DNA of 64,000 bases. Source: Marsupella aquatica. Its lineage: Eukaryota > Plantae > Marchantiophyta. The DNA is taken from assembly GCA_973895155.1 (NCBI GenBank), contig OZ316893.1, forward strand, positions 9,425,839-9,489,838. The letters run 5' to 3'. Below, one piece after another: positions 22,684 through 36,430 of this stretch (positions are counted from its first letter, which is position 1; each line of letters opens with the position of its first letter). Made by a program: the position numbers and the translations under genes. The notes under the pieces were generated by a model. It made no database searches, was not told the DNA's origin, and saw nothing but the letters and a program-made list of their open reading frames with translations.

Positions 22684-24900
22684 TTATTTCTTTGCTGGTG
22701 GAGCTTTGGACTTTTCTGCTGGGACTGCTGGAGCTTTAGAGTTGGCCGGTGGCGGACCTGACTGAGTTGGCTTCACTGGTGGTGGCGGGCATGGTAAGGG
22801 GTCAGGTGGTGAAGTTCCGGAGCCTGCCGCAGAAGCTCCGCCACCATCAGAAGGTACTTCCGGAGGAGGAGGAGGAAGCAACTCCAAAAGCTGCACACCA
22901 AGGAGAAACATCCCAATGTTAGTTCCACGACTAGAGCAAGACTTCCACAGGTATCAAAGTCGAGAAGCCCATGCCTCAGTTTGCCTTAACTTACAAACCT
23001 AGTAATAACAAGTTCATAGGTCGCATTCTATAAAACCTAACGAAGAATGATTGAACGAGAGCCCTACAGCTCCTGTCTTTATCCAAAGGACATTCGTAGT
23101 GGGTCTCGATAGAATGCACCAGCACCCAAGGCTTTTACTTCAATATTGCGCAGATTGGTTGCAGAGATTCTTAGATGAGGATCCACGGAAGGTGGCTAAT
23201 GAGCTACTCATCTCAAAACGCCTAATTTCGCACTTTCTAGAAAAAGTGGTAATATCCAGAATAGGTCCATGCCTTTGGCATTTCGAAAGACTCTGAAATG
23301 CATGGACTTAAATCTTTGGAATAGGTACCAAAACACCCCAAACTTTGTTTACGATACGAAACTGCTGTCATGAACTATTAAGAGGAATGAATAAAATTAC
23401 CTTTCTGCAGCATTCTTCATGCTCTATAACTAGAGAGTCATATTTCGCCACAAGATCAGTCTTTTCTTTCATTAGTTGCTCATATTCAGCAAGAGTGGGA
23501 CCACCTAGTGCCTTTCTAATAAATCTGCACACATTCAGCACTCAAACGTTTGTAACCTCTCCCGGGCAGCAGACAAAGGAGGTTCAAGCAACGCAGCGAA
23601 ACTACTGTAATTTCGACCCTACAAATGATGGTGCTGGTAAAGGGGGAATTCCACCAGGCAGAGAACAGTACAACCACACTCCAAAGGGTTTAATAACTAG
23701 AAGCATTTTGATACAGAAAAAAATAGTATCGTTCCCACCTCAACCCAAAACAAAACCTCTGCAACAAGTACAAACGGCCACCCTTTTGAAAGTGTTACAG
23801 TCCCTACTGAACACAATTGACTGGAAAATCTATGCACTCACTCTCTTGCTGCTCACAGTTGAGCGAATCACTTGTTAAATCGAAGGAAGAAATTTAGATT
23901 CGAAATGAAATTTCATTGCTTAAAAACTTCGTGGACAGAGAAATAAGTGGTAGCATCCAAGAAGGACTATTGGAGAGCGCCCGATCACTGATGCAAGAGT
24001 GCTCAACAACCAGCGATTTTTAATCACCAAAGGGAAAATGAGACGGACGACAGGTGAAAATCAAGCAGGTTGAGACTTACTCCAAAGCAATTGGCGGCTT
24101 GTCGTGCTCCTCGTACAAAGCGACCAGAACTGGAAACAGGAAGCAAGGATCCGACAACGTTAGCGAACCATTCCTGGAACACCGTTTGAGTCAAAAAAGA
24201 TTGGACACGCCAACGTTAACGAACCCGACTGGGTCGAAAAATGCATGTCTGACATCATCTCTTTCCACTCGAACGACACAGGATAGAAGATTTGTCATGA
24301 ATTTCCAATCTTGGAGGGCCAACAAGTAGAAGCATGAGCCATTGACCATTCGAAGCACTTTACATTGGAGTGAAGAATGACTCTCCAGCTGTCATCATGA
24401 TCCGTAACACTTCAAAAGACTCAAGAACATGCAAAGACAGGAGGACAGCCAGACCTTTGGTGAGCGAATCTAGTACACCACTCGCCTCCAAGTACTTCCT
24501 AAAAGCCTCCTTCTTCGACTCACTTGCCTGTTGCAGAGCACCAAAGACCATGGCACCAATTATGCTCATATTCGATCAATGCAAGCGGACCCTTTGTTCT
24601 GAAGTTAACCCAAAACCAAATCCTTACAGAGTGTCTGACACGGCTAAGAAGAGACTAGAAAATGACAAGGAAGGAATGAATGGTGTTTTCAGGGGTTGGA
24701 CCACACCCCATCCATCAGAGAAGCCCCACTCTGCACATTGACAGCGGTCCGAAGGCATTGCACCCATTAATTCAATCGGTTCGAGTGCCATCCATCCAGA
24801 CAGTGTGACGTTTGGTTTGGCGGATAACAATGTCAGTCAGTCAATCAGTCAGCCAGGCAGGCAAGCATTCAGTCAGCAAGCAACGGAGCTCACTCACCAT
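22684..24900 (-). CDS. MYCBP: c-Myc-binding protein (AMY-1/MYCBP) homolog, 5 coding exons
   Basis: Exons 24900-24898 (ATG), 24527-24455, 24129-24081, 23524-23401 and 22890-22684 splice in frame: MASESKKEAFRKYLEASGVLDSLTKVLVALYEEHDKPPIALEFIRKALGGPTLAEYEQL..., then a Pro-rich tail. Confidence 0.9.
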
Positions 24901-26103
24901 GATGATGGCTGGGGACTGCCGCCGTTCCTCAAGAGCTACTTCGCTTCGTGTGATAGGACTTTTGCCGAGTCATGCAATGCTGGTCCCGAGAACTTCCCTT
25001 CCCCTCCTCCTACTTCTACCTCTACTTCCGTTCGAGTCGATGGCGACATTGGGCTGCAGCGCCTACCTTAGCAGCCTCCGGCATTGGAATCCCTCATGCA
25101 TATTGTCAATCGATGAGGAGAGGAAGCAGCAGTGCACAATGCCGCAGCAGACGTACTACTAAATGCCACAGACACCAGGCTAAGAAGGAGGCACTTCGTT
25201 GCCAGACGAGATGACGACGAAAGAGAAGTCAAGGATGTTGGGCGAGCGGCAAAAGGGAAATGCTGCAATGGAATGTTTCAGAGCACGAAGGCCACGCTCT
25301 CTCTCATTCGAAGCCTGGAATGGCAATGTGGGTCTGATTCAATCGGCCTCCTCCTCCTCTCCGTTCCGCCTTCGCCTCGCTCCGTCCCCGATCCCGAAAA
25401 ACGAAAGGGATTGGAAAAGTAGTTGAGAGGTTAACCGACAACCCGTCAAAACCGGAGCTTTCCTGACTGACAGGCGCACTAGTGCACTCCCGTAATAATC
25501 GGTACAGTCCACAGTAGTAACGAAAGGGACCCACTGCTGCAGGGCCAACGTCAAACGTAGCGAATGAGAAGAGCAACCACAGAATCATGCATCATGAATG
25601 CGCTCCCAATCTGCCAGACCGGTCACAGAGGCAATGTCTCGAAGATCATCAGAGCTCAAAGCACAAGATCATCCGAGTCTCAGAGATGCAGAGATTCAGA
25701 GATTTCAAGCTCAAGCAAACGAGAGGTCCGACACGATCTAGAGGTGCTGCACACAATAAATGAGCCTCGACTCTCGAGAGGAGAGGAGAGGAGAGGAGAG
25801 GAGATCGATACGCCACTAAAATAATACTAATCAGTGGGTGGAAAGACTGTGCATTCCGTCCGCCCATTCGGCTATTATGAATCCGAGGACATCAGAGAGC
25901 AAAAAGCATGAGCAGGTGAGGAAAAGAGAGAGGACAGGACAACAAAAGAAGAGCACCAAAAATCATTATATTGTATTGGAGTGTTTGCATGAGGGGCAGG
26001 CAGCAAGAGCGTTCCCCTCTTTAGTCTTTCCAACTCGAGTGCTCTACAATTCATTGTACTCCAGTATCCAGAAAAAGTTTTGTCCCAACCGAGTTCAATG
26101 GAC

Positions 26104-26389
26104 ATGAGGGTTAATTAAGTGTATATTTTGGGGTATCACGTGTGATCCTAGCCTAATATAAATTTATCTATTTTATAAAAAAAACATTCCAAGAATATTC
26201 TCTATTTTAAATATTAATAATTTATTTTATTTTATAAAAAGTATATATTAGAAAATATTCTCTAAACATGAGTTTATAATACTTTTTTTTGGCCTCCTAC
26301 GCTTTTTAAAAATTTAGTTAATTTCTATCAAAAATACCTATTTTGGATCGTACGTGGTTCCTAAGATTTTTGATAGTCAACCCCCCGAG
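26104..26389. mobile_element. Second copy of the CTCGGGGGG-ended MITE
   Basis: Colinear with 7892-8178; right TIR agtcaaccccccgag intact, left TIR decayed; TSD caatggac at 26096-26103 and 26390-26397. Confidence 0.92.
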
Positions 26390-26727
26390 CAATGGACAAG
26401 CGGATACACCAGGGCCCTGACCAAAGAGCTCTTTTAGTATATACTAATTCTTGGGTAACATGGCATTGTGGGCCACATCTACAACTGTAATCAGGGATCC
26501 CGCCTTTTTCGTCCTTCGTCCCAATACAAAAAAGTTCCTAGGCGAGAAAGATCCACAGCCATTGGATTCGTTTGGCTCTTTTCCCTGACCATTGATGGAG
26601 GAAATGGGCACCCCTGGCGAATATGTGTTTCCCCACGCTGCCCCATAAATGCCCCGGCCCCGACTCCCTATGGGCCAGCCCTCCTTGCGCCGTGCAAGGC
26701 ATCGGCACAGGGTTTGTAACCAATAAA

Positions 26728-26888
26728 ACTAGTGCTTTAACTAGTATTTTGAGGGGATAGTAGGGCCTCTCAAAGCTTCAATTTGTTGGACCATAACTTA
26801 GGAGTGAAGGTTGTGGGCCATAACTCAGAAACTAGTGCTCTAGCTAGTGTTTGGAGGGGATAGTAGGGCCTCTCAAAGCTTCAATTTG
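26728..26888. repeat. Direct duplication of about 60 bp
   Basis: aactagtgct..a.ctagt.ttt.gaggggatagtagggcctctcaaagcttcaatttg near 26728 and 26830. Confidence 0.85.
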
Positions 26889-26934
26889 ATGGATATATGG
26901 CTGCAATAATTGCATGGTCACATTTGACCGGAAT

Positions 26935-27152
26935 CCATGGCCACAACAACAGCATAGCAACAACGACAATTTTACAAACCCAAGCATTGGAACAATGATT
27001 GGGTGCAATGACCACATGACCGTGACGACAATATCGCCACAATGACACATAAGATGTCTCAACAACTTCCTCATCTGCATTTGTTTGCCTCATCCTTTGC
27101 ATTGCCTCGACATCTTTGCCTAACCTTAACATCTTCTGTGCAAGTGGGCTAG
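26935..27152 (+). mobile_element. Short non-autonomous Helitron derivative related to 18083-19787
   Basis: Shares catggcc.caa.aac..gcatag and agatgtct.aacaactt with 18364-18470, has ctcgacatcttt units, and ends gggCTAG|t at 27149-27153. Confidence 0.6.
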
Positions 27153-27320
27153 TCCTAAATAGAATAGATGATACACAATACTGATTGAAGGGTAAATCAC
27201 CAGTTTGGAGAGACATGTGTGGGTCACGCAACCAAGTAACAAATACTCAAGTCCTTCAAAAGCATGCTAGAAATGAGGGCACAATGCAGAAATGCCACTT
27301 CAAACAATGAGCAAAGTTCA

Positions 27321-28725
27321 TGTTAGTGGTGGACCTTGCCACCCAGCGCCCTCACCAATCCCAACACCCACGCCTAAGTGCCCCTGATGCCCGAACGCCT
27401 CCACGGAATACCTCGAGCAAGCAATCTAATGCCCCTTGCACCACCCGCGACCCCTCCCATATGAAGCCGCGCTTGCTCTCTAACACGACCGCTACTCAAC
27501 GGTCCTCCCTATCTGCACAAGCAACCAAGCGTCTCGGTAAGTAACCCTTCAGGATCTAGATCTCTCCAAGTCTAGTATCCTAACTCAAGCTCAACAGACC
27601 TTGGTTAGTAGGTCAGCGATAGGTACTCCCGATGCCATAAGCCGGAACCAGAACTCACGCCCACTGTTCGTCCAGAACAGCTCCTTCCTTGGGCGCGGCC
27701 CGGGTTCCCCCTCGTACCTATCCATCACCAACTGACCGCCCTGACCCCATGACATGCTCATGACCCAATTAGCGTAGCTTGTTTTAAAGCTTGTCCCAAG
27801 CTTGTCCCCACACGCCGGGACCAGAATAGCCCCGACTCTAGCAACCAACTCCCAGTTTGCCCCATTGATGGTCTAGGGCCAAGCACCCATGGAACTCAAC
27901 CTCCACGCCTACTTGGCCTTGCCTCCCCAACGCAAGCTCCCTTGGAGACTCAACGCGGTTTGGCTGCTATTTCAGTAGGATTTGGCAAGCAGGGGAGCTA
28001 ACACCCACAAACCTTGAGCACCTATGGCGCCCCCAGACCCAAATGAGCTCAGGAGGAGGTAGCCCTCCTTGAGAGCTTTCCAACGCAGCCAAGAAGTACT
28101 CCAACGGAATTCCCGTTGGGAAGATATCGCCGTTTCCGTTTGATGATTTCCCTTAGTGTCGCGACTGCCGCGGCTCACGACTTCGGCTCTCTTTTAGCCC
28201 CCAGGGAGACACCACCTCTCTCATATATGCTTCTAGAGACCTACAACCCCCGGACCAGCTTTGGTCCCTAAACTTTCTCGTTAGACGTCCGCAAGCGGAG
28301 TGCCTTAGCCCGTTGTGATCAGGCCGACCCAGCGCTCATGCCTAGGCCCTTAGGTCTCATCGCCACTCGGGGTCCCCGATCGACCAAACCCGGATCGGGC
28401 CATAACTCACACCCCAAACGTCCGTTGCCCATGACGTCAACTCCATTGGCCTTGGGCCCAAGAGGAGCTCACACTCAAGCCCTCAGAACTCAAAGTCCGT
28501 CCGGGGGTCCGGACGATTGACCTTGAGCCCGGCCCTGACCCGACCAGTTCTCAGCTAGCCTAAGTCCTTAGTGTGTGTCACCAGCTGGGCGCTTTGCCTT
28601 TGCCAGTGCCACATCTCATTGTCCACAAGTCTCCCCATGCTAAGTCCTCCCCGAATGGCCTATTTGGGCCTGGACCATAAGGGAGCTCGGCGTCGGAGTC
28701 AGCGACGCCGAAGCTAAGTGTTACG
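27321..28725. mobile_element. GC-rich insertion, possibly a solo-LTR-like remnant
   Basis: Compositionally distinct block starting tgttagt and ending agtgttacg, with a strong hairpin near the right end. No TSD or coding homology recognised. Confidence 0.25.
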
Positions 28726-30790
28726 GTAGTCGAGTTCCGTTACTATGTTAGAAAGTTACACAAAAAAGGCTTAGAGAAGCAAGGCTGGTAAGCTCTCGAG
28801 ATATAGGTGCAGGATGAACAAGAATTGAAATCCTGGGAAGAGACCCAACTGTCTCTAGAGGAAAGGAAGCATTTGAAACACTTTAATGCACTCTAAAAGG
28901 CTACCAACAATTGGAGAGGATCCAGCTAAAAAGCAAAACTGGTTTGTTACCGTGATGGCTGCAAAGAGATGGGAATGATGCGTGAACTTTGAACATTCAA
29001 ACTTTTTTAAAGTAGAAGAATTTTGGCATTCAAGAGAGCTAGTAGATAAGTACGGACAAACATTAATGCATTGATTTACAATGTTTGGGAAGGGCACCAT
29101 GCATAGCAAAAGGCGGTTTTGTTTTTCATGTAATTCACTATGTAAGCTGTCCTCGTTTGGAGGTTTCTGGCAAAAAACCTAAAGTGAAACTTGGGTGATA
29201 TCTTTAATATGGCTCTTGTTCACTTTAGCAGTAATTTTTGTAAGATTATTTTCACGTGAGTAGACCTTTTCCAGCACTCTAAGCTCACTTACCTGCCAGA
29301 AACAGGGCAGAGGGTTTGACAGGTAATCTATGGGATACTTGGATTCCAGTTGGGTCTTAGATGACTAGAGCATAAGATAGAATGAAAACCTTGCTGAGGG
29401 TGATAGCTTTGTATTCATCTAGTGTGCCTTCTTTGGTATTATAGCACTCCCCATGTTTTATTTGGAACTAAAATATTACCAATGGAAAAAATTTCACCGC
29501 GGTTAATCCCGATTGCAGTCCGACAGCGCAACGATGTCACGGAAGAGCAAGAGTTTGTAAGACGTTGAGTCAGAAACTGGCATCTGCTGAAACAATGAAA
29601 CACTTCTTTCGGATTGGGCACCCAGAAGCAAATCGAAACATTTCGCAAATCTTCCGAATGTTTTCTTTTCTTTGTTACTCTAGAATGGCTGCCAGAGGCT
29701 TTTCACGTCATGATGGCCTGAGATTGTAGGAAATGTTGGACTGGGCTAAGGCTGTACACAGAAGACGGGCCTCTACTGGGAACGGGCATGGTGGTTTCAT
29801 CAAACTATAACAAAGTGAACCCTCTGTCTGCTACAGTAACTTGGCCCATTTACAAACATGACAGGTCTTGAGAAAAAAACATGACACGCATTTGATGACA
29901 CCCTATGACAACAGCTGAAAAAACACATCTCTCTAGTCATTTTGGAGGGGCATATTCCCTGATCTGACTGGGAATGGAACAAGAACCACCAAAAAATGTT
30001 AGAATGTTCGAATTTTGCCAAGCGCAGAAATCACTTTGTTCGCACTTCATTTATTCAATAAATCGGCACTTCACCATCGAAGTCAATCTAATTCTCGTGC
30101 AGATAATCCACAATACTTGACACAAGTAGACAACGTGTGCATCCCTAAATGCATCTGAAATGTACAGACGATCTCTGTCCATCTTGCAGACACGAACTGC
30201 TCTCATTACTTAAGATAAGGAAGTGGAGTCCTGCGGACTTCCATGTATAGTACATAGGCAAATGACCTCCATTTCGGGAGGTCCTTATCTTCTAAACTCA
30301 TCAGTTAAAATCAGTCATTTCGAGTATGTGGGAATTGTACAGTATGAGAGGTTGGGACCGTGGGTAAACAAAAATGGTTTTATGGAGTGGATACCCAGCC
30401 CTCAAGTTGAGGAATGATGAAAAGCAATTATTTTCTATTGTCGGAATTGTTCATCCCAGTAAAAGCCTTCTTTGCGTACTGCCTGGAGTTTCTTTCTTAT
30501 TTTTTTTCCGCCGCTTTCCTTCTGCTGGTCTGCGACATCCCAAATATGTCAGCTTCCAAGTGAAAAACCTCCACTAACAATTCAACATTTGCCTGATATG
30601 GACGGTTTAAGTGGAAACCAATTTTTGACTTTGCGGACATCTTCGAGAATACTTAAATTGCACACGGTATCCGGAAATGTACTCTAGTAGCTGATGTTTA
30701 CGTATCTTTACTCGTCAGGAAGTATGTGCCGAGGAATCTAACGTGCCATTTTCAAAACAGCTTGAGAGCTTCGTGTACGTAAGCGAAGCA

Positions 30791-33700
30791 TTACCTAACT
30801 TCTTGCTTGTTTTGCTCCACAGTAGCAGCTTCTATAGCAGCAGCTACTTGAACTGGGTCCTGTTCAGGAAGTTTGTAAGGATCCTCCCAGTCCGGATCCA
30901 GGGCTACTGCTCTCCTCCACTGCCGTGCAAATGCATTAAGCTCCACACGCGCTCTTTTTCGAACCTGTTGTAAGTTACAAAACAAAAGTTGATATACTGG
31001 TGAGAAATTCCCCGACATGACAGACAATTGTCAGTTCCAAGCACTACGAACATAAAATACTGGGACAAGACGCTGTTGTCTTTTCAGATTGATTTGGAGA
31101 AAGTGGGAGCCTACCTCTGCCCGTACGTCGATTTCCGAGCTGAAGATAGACTGCGACATAACGGTTCAACTCAAGTCAGAAGCCACGGGTCCATCACTCT
31201 TAAGAAAGGAAATCTGAAAGTCTACGTGTAAGTGCACAACACAATTAAAAGTGCTGGGCGTTGAACATATTCCATCCATAGGTTCTATATAGTTCACGCA
31301 ACGGATATAAACTTGAGTCTAAGTTGAGTGAAGGACACGAAAGATAGCCCAAGCCAACGCTAGCAAGAGAAAACAAGTAAACTGGATAAAATTGAAGTGC
31401 CCCTGCCCGTATGATTCTCATCAACGATTATAATCTTGGACAACCTACCTCATTTCCGTCCCCAGAAAGAGGAACAGAGATATTGTCGTCTAAGAGTGCC
31501 TGTGTAACCCATGGAACTCTTGTGCGTGTCAGTTCATTGGATCCTCCCAAAAAAATAAATCAAGAAAGCCAAATTAATTGAATCACAGCTGTAAGGATCA
31601 AGCACTGCTTTAAGGCCCAAAGACAAAATCTTCATACAACCACAACATGAGAAACAAATGAACGCATATTCTTCCCTTCATCCTGTACGCCTTATTATGA
31701 TAAACCAGTGGGGTAGAACTCTGCAAAAAGATACCTTGTGAATCCTTGGGCCCCCCAAAGATGGTATTCCTTCATGAACAACAAATTCGGCATCGATTAT
31801 ACCAACTTTCTCACTCCGGGTCCCCTGAAAAAACATTAGCGTTGCCACGCAATTCCTCAAGAACATTTCAATCTAACCACAGGTCACTGACCACTCCTAT
31901 CAATCTAAATATCCTGTGTAGAATCATTTACTTGTGAAATTTGAATCTCAGCCAATACTAGTCGTAAATCTAAACCATTCCACACTGATATTTTCTTGCG
32001 TTCCGCCCAGACCGAAGCGATTTTGCTCACTGTGAAAATGTCAGCAGTGGCCTGGCGATAGAACCCATGCCCCAAACAGACGGAACTAAGACATGGACAG
32101 CTATTGCTAATACACAGAAAAAAGGAAAATCTCTGCAGAATGCTTCCAGTTAGGCTACTGACTCTGATCCGCATATACCAATTAAACGTACCTGTGCACA
32201 GTATCCAAGCTTGTAATCTAGTCCCCATGCGTGCACTAGGTCATTCTGCACACATTAGAAACAACGGCTTTAGTCTAAGGGCACTAAGGAAAAGCACTGA
32301 TCGCCAACCGTTGACCCCACGAAGCAAATAACATTGCATGGCCCTGTGCCCGTTTTACAAACGAAATCCAATTTCATAGAGACATCTTTTAAGTGAAATT
32401 GCAAGCGCCGGAACAAACTTGGCTAAAATGTAGAAATAATCAATCAAGGGGAAAAGCAGAACTGACGATGCACAGTCATAGAACAGTTTATCACATAAAT
32501 ACCAAACTCTCTTCTCACATCTCACTCAATGATTTTTCATTTCAGATACCTCTGTACCCCGATACCCTACAGGGGCAACAGCGCTCTGAGGGAGCAGGAA
32601 TTCTAAGAAGGTAGAAGACCTACGGGGATAGCAAATTGCTTCCATGGAGAAACTGAAAATCCACACACCTCGACCGGATTCCTTCCGACAACGGTAAGTG
32701 GAAACAAATCGGTAGAAACATATTCTCTCTGGTACTTGATCAAGCAAAATAAAAGTCTCCACATAAGGTCGAATAAAGGTCAGCTTTCTAACCTGAATCA
32801 TGTTCCAGGTACACCTCCACGCAGCCTTGGAGAACACTGGAGCCATCATCTCCACCCAACTGCACACAAACAGTTTAAAACATGACGGTCTCAAACTAAT
32901 CTGGTGCCAGAGGCATAAGAAGGTTAATACGCATTATAAATCTCACATACACTTCTACTGAGATTTAAAGTGAAAAACGGTGGCAACCACGTATGCAAAT
33001 AAACGTAGATGTGAGACACCTACCCAGTACAAGGAGGTCCATTACTATTTGCATCACACTGAATTCGTGCTGCATATGAATATATTCGCCTGCATGCAGT
33101 TCCATGTAAACTGACGTCACTATCGCACACACAGACCCAAGAGTAGGATAAGATTTGCACAAAGCTGAAAGCCAACATTCTTCGAAAACCCCTGTATTGC
33201 TACTGTAAACAACCTGATGAATATGGAAGGGCACCTAAGCACAGCTCACTGACTGAAAATTCGTCATAAACATGCTTTTCCAATGTAAGGTAATGCACCT
33301 AGTCTGCCCACATGCCATGCCATCAACTCATCCTTGACACACCCTTCCTATGTCTAGCTAACTATTCATCGCATGCCTAGGTTGCTCTCATCTATCAGTT
33401 CCCCGTTCCGAGTCCATAGACATAATAGAGGTCAGCCAGGTGCACACTGCACTAGTTAAATTCCCCAGGGACCTTCACTTCTCCTCCTATGGAAAAGACA
33501 GGCTTCTTGCTCATGTAATAGTATAAGGGCTGTAGCTTCAAGCTGTGCTCAGTCCTAACACTGCACTTCGAGGTGCTGTCCCTGCGAATATAAGAAGCTC
33601 CTCAAGGTTTCTTGGATATTTTGGCCAACTACTTTGGACTTACTCCCCGTCCATTGTGTTCGATGTTACTATCTACTGTAGCAGGGATGTTTTCCGTTCA

Positions 33701-36430
33701 CTGACGGTATGTGTTATTTGCAATTGCAAGAAAAATAAGGGTCCACTTCAAATTTTTGTGTGCAAAAACCAAGCACCGAGATAATGCAATCTGAGGAAAA
33801 TTATGATCGTTTTGCAATGACATTTTGCATTTGTTTCCAAAATAGTAAAACAAATTGTTCAGATTTCAATCGTTGTAGCAATAACGAGCTTGCCTGTGTG
33901 CCCTTGAAGTCTTATTCAGCAGAGTCAATCGATGATGGACCTCTGAAGAATTGCGATGTAAAGCAGGCTGCGATATCTCAAAACCCTCATCTTCCATTAT
34001 GTCCAAGTATCTGTGCAAAAAAAGTACTCTCGTTAATAGCTTGTTTATCCAGCAGGCAATTTATGAAAGGCCATTTGGATCGAGCCCATCATGAATAGCC
34101 AAACACCCGAACTTCGTGCAAAATTGTCGACCGATGAAGCAGATGACTTGACTGAAAGTCACTATCTTCAATGACGTTACAAGAGGTTCGTACCTGTTAG
34201 CATGAAAATGCTCCACCCCGAGATCTTCATCCCAGAGGAAAATATAATTGTATTTTGCGACAACATCTGGATGTAAAAAACGCTTCGCAAACCACCTACC
34301 ACATATAACGTAAACCCTCTAACAAGTTAGTCACCAGAGGTTCAGAACTGAGTTCATGATCAGCAATCCAATTCGAGTCACAACATGAATCTTGCCAAAT
34401 TTCAAGCCTGATCATCAAATGCTTACCACTTTGTTTGGTTAAATGCCATGACGTGAATTGCCCTTGCACTCCATTCCAGATCAGTCCATTCATCGACCTT
34501 ACCATCATAGTGGAAGAGCATAACTGTGAAATTGTCTGCTGGAAACTGCATCACAAGGTAGAAAGGCACTGCATAAGTGGACATGGTAAAAGCTACTAGC
34601 AGTACAGACACTAGTCATCATCTGGTTGAATAGCTTGTCACTCTGTTAAACATCACATTATCACATGATTTCTGCAATCCAGCAACACGTCAAAAGCCTG
34701 TATAAATATTTTTCTAATACAATCTACAGATAGATAAGCGCAATAAATGTAAACCTTATGGACAATCTTATCAACAGTGCTCTTCTGCTTGATACCGACT
34801 GCCATAGCCAGTAGATTCTGTGGATGTTTTGCATTCTGCACATAGAGAATTGTTGTCAAAATTGGCGGTTGCTGCTCTTCATTTTCTATAACAACTTTCC
34901 TGTTGCGAACACACATATCTGTTATCTTTCCAACAAGTCACATGAAAGGCCTTGTTCACACCCCTTTTTGACACATTTCGGATTGAGTCAGTCGTAGTCG
35001 GAAAAGGTGCGATTTATTTTGTGTGTCGACTGCAAGATGAGGTATATGCTATGGCAATGTTCAATCTACTAAAGAAATGAGAGCTTGGCCTGGAAAATTG
35101 AACGAACAAATGATAGTGAAGTATAACCCTACTTGATCTGGAACTATCCATAAATGTCTTAGTTCCAAGTCTGTAGTAGTCTCCAATATGCCTCTCGGCA
35201 GACTTTCCGTACCCTTTACCAAGGGCTGCTGAATTATTGCTTCGCGTGTCAATGGTCGCTGCTAACACCACAAATTAAGATCAGAAAGGGAAACAATACA
35301 CTGGCTCATTTCTTCACCTGAGGACGAATCAGGAAATTCAGTCATATTCTCCAGAAATGTAAAGATGAAGAAGACTGAACCTCCCGGGAGGCTTTAGCAG
35401 TCAGCCTATGCATGGATCAAAAGGGTTTTAAAAAAAGATGTCTGAACTTACATAATTAAACATATCCTCTGTACAATTTTGGGAGCTCGATTCAAACCCA
35501 GCAGCGCGCCAGATACCACGGCGCTGCACCCACACACAAGTTGAAACATTAGGTTTGAAGTTGCCCTTCCGCTGGTAAGTAATATTTCCTTAAAGTACTC
35601 AGTTACGCAAACGCTGCTAATGTGCAGAGGTTCCCTTAAATATCAAGCAATAGGGACACTGAGGAAAAATCTTCAGTAACCATTCAAGAACTGCCAACTT
35701 TGATCACGACCAGAGGAGAGTGCAAAGATTGAAGTAAAGTCTCGAGCTTGACGCACTGAGAAATAGTGTTGGCTGAACACTTTCTGAAGAGCAGTGCGCG
35801 GGTAAAGATTAACATACCCCAAGGTATGACTCATTTAGTGCCGCGTTGCAGAGGAAGAGCGTAAACATGACGAAGACAACTACGACACCGACCAAGCTTG
35901 GTCGAATGACTTTGCGCCATTTACCATCCCCGTCTTTTTTAACAGCCTGCAATCAATAGTGGAAATCAATACCTTCACTTTTCGATAGAACGGAACCAGG
36001 AATGCGGTGCTCCTGCAATATGATTATCCTGCAAAACAATTATCACTTCGACACTGCTCCTGATTGCAGTGGCACAACTATTAAGACACGAATTGCTCAG
36101 TGGTCGTACTCACTAAGTCTCCTAGTCGCTTCCTCTTCACTGTATACAGCTCCATTAGATAACAGAATCTTCATTCAGAATCAGATAACGAAACAAAGAC
36201 AACTCAAGCAAAGTCATTCCTACATGGACAACTGATTTGCGCACCGAGATCCGCCATCCACAACATCATATAATAAAGTGAATGCCTTAAATGCTCATCG
36301 ATCCGTCACTGTATACTACAAACAATTCCGACGACAGTCTACGAGCGGCTAGCAACAAGTCTATTCGATAGCTGACGTCACTCTCATCGGCCCCGCCCGT
36401 ATTGCGAGGAACTATTGTAGACATGGCCAT
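30791..36430 (-). CDS. DUF707 family protein (type II membrane, putative glycosyltransferase-like)
   Basis: About 15 exons: TM segment (about 35817-35947), KGTESLPRGILE..DLELRHLW, NLLAMAVGIKQK, VMLFHYDGKVDEW, WFAKRFLHPD..YIFLWDEDLGV, EISQPAL, PPCTGWVEMMAPVFSKAAWRCTWNMIQNDLVHAWGLD, final exon VRKRARVEL...WEDPY to stop 30791. The first coding exon (36430-36377) is tentative. Confidence 0.92.

Noticed and set aside
23345-23878. 177-aa plus-strand ORF
   Set aside because: Antisense shadow over a MYCBP exon and introns.
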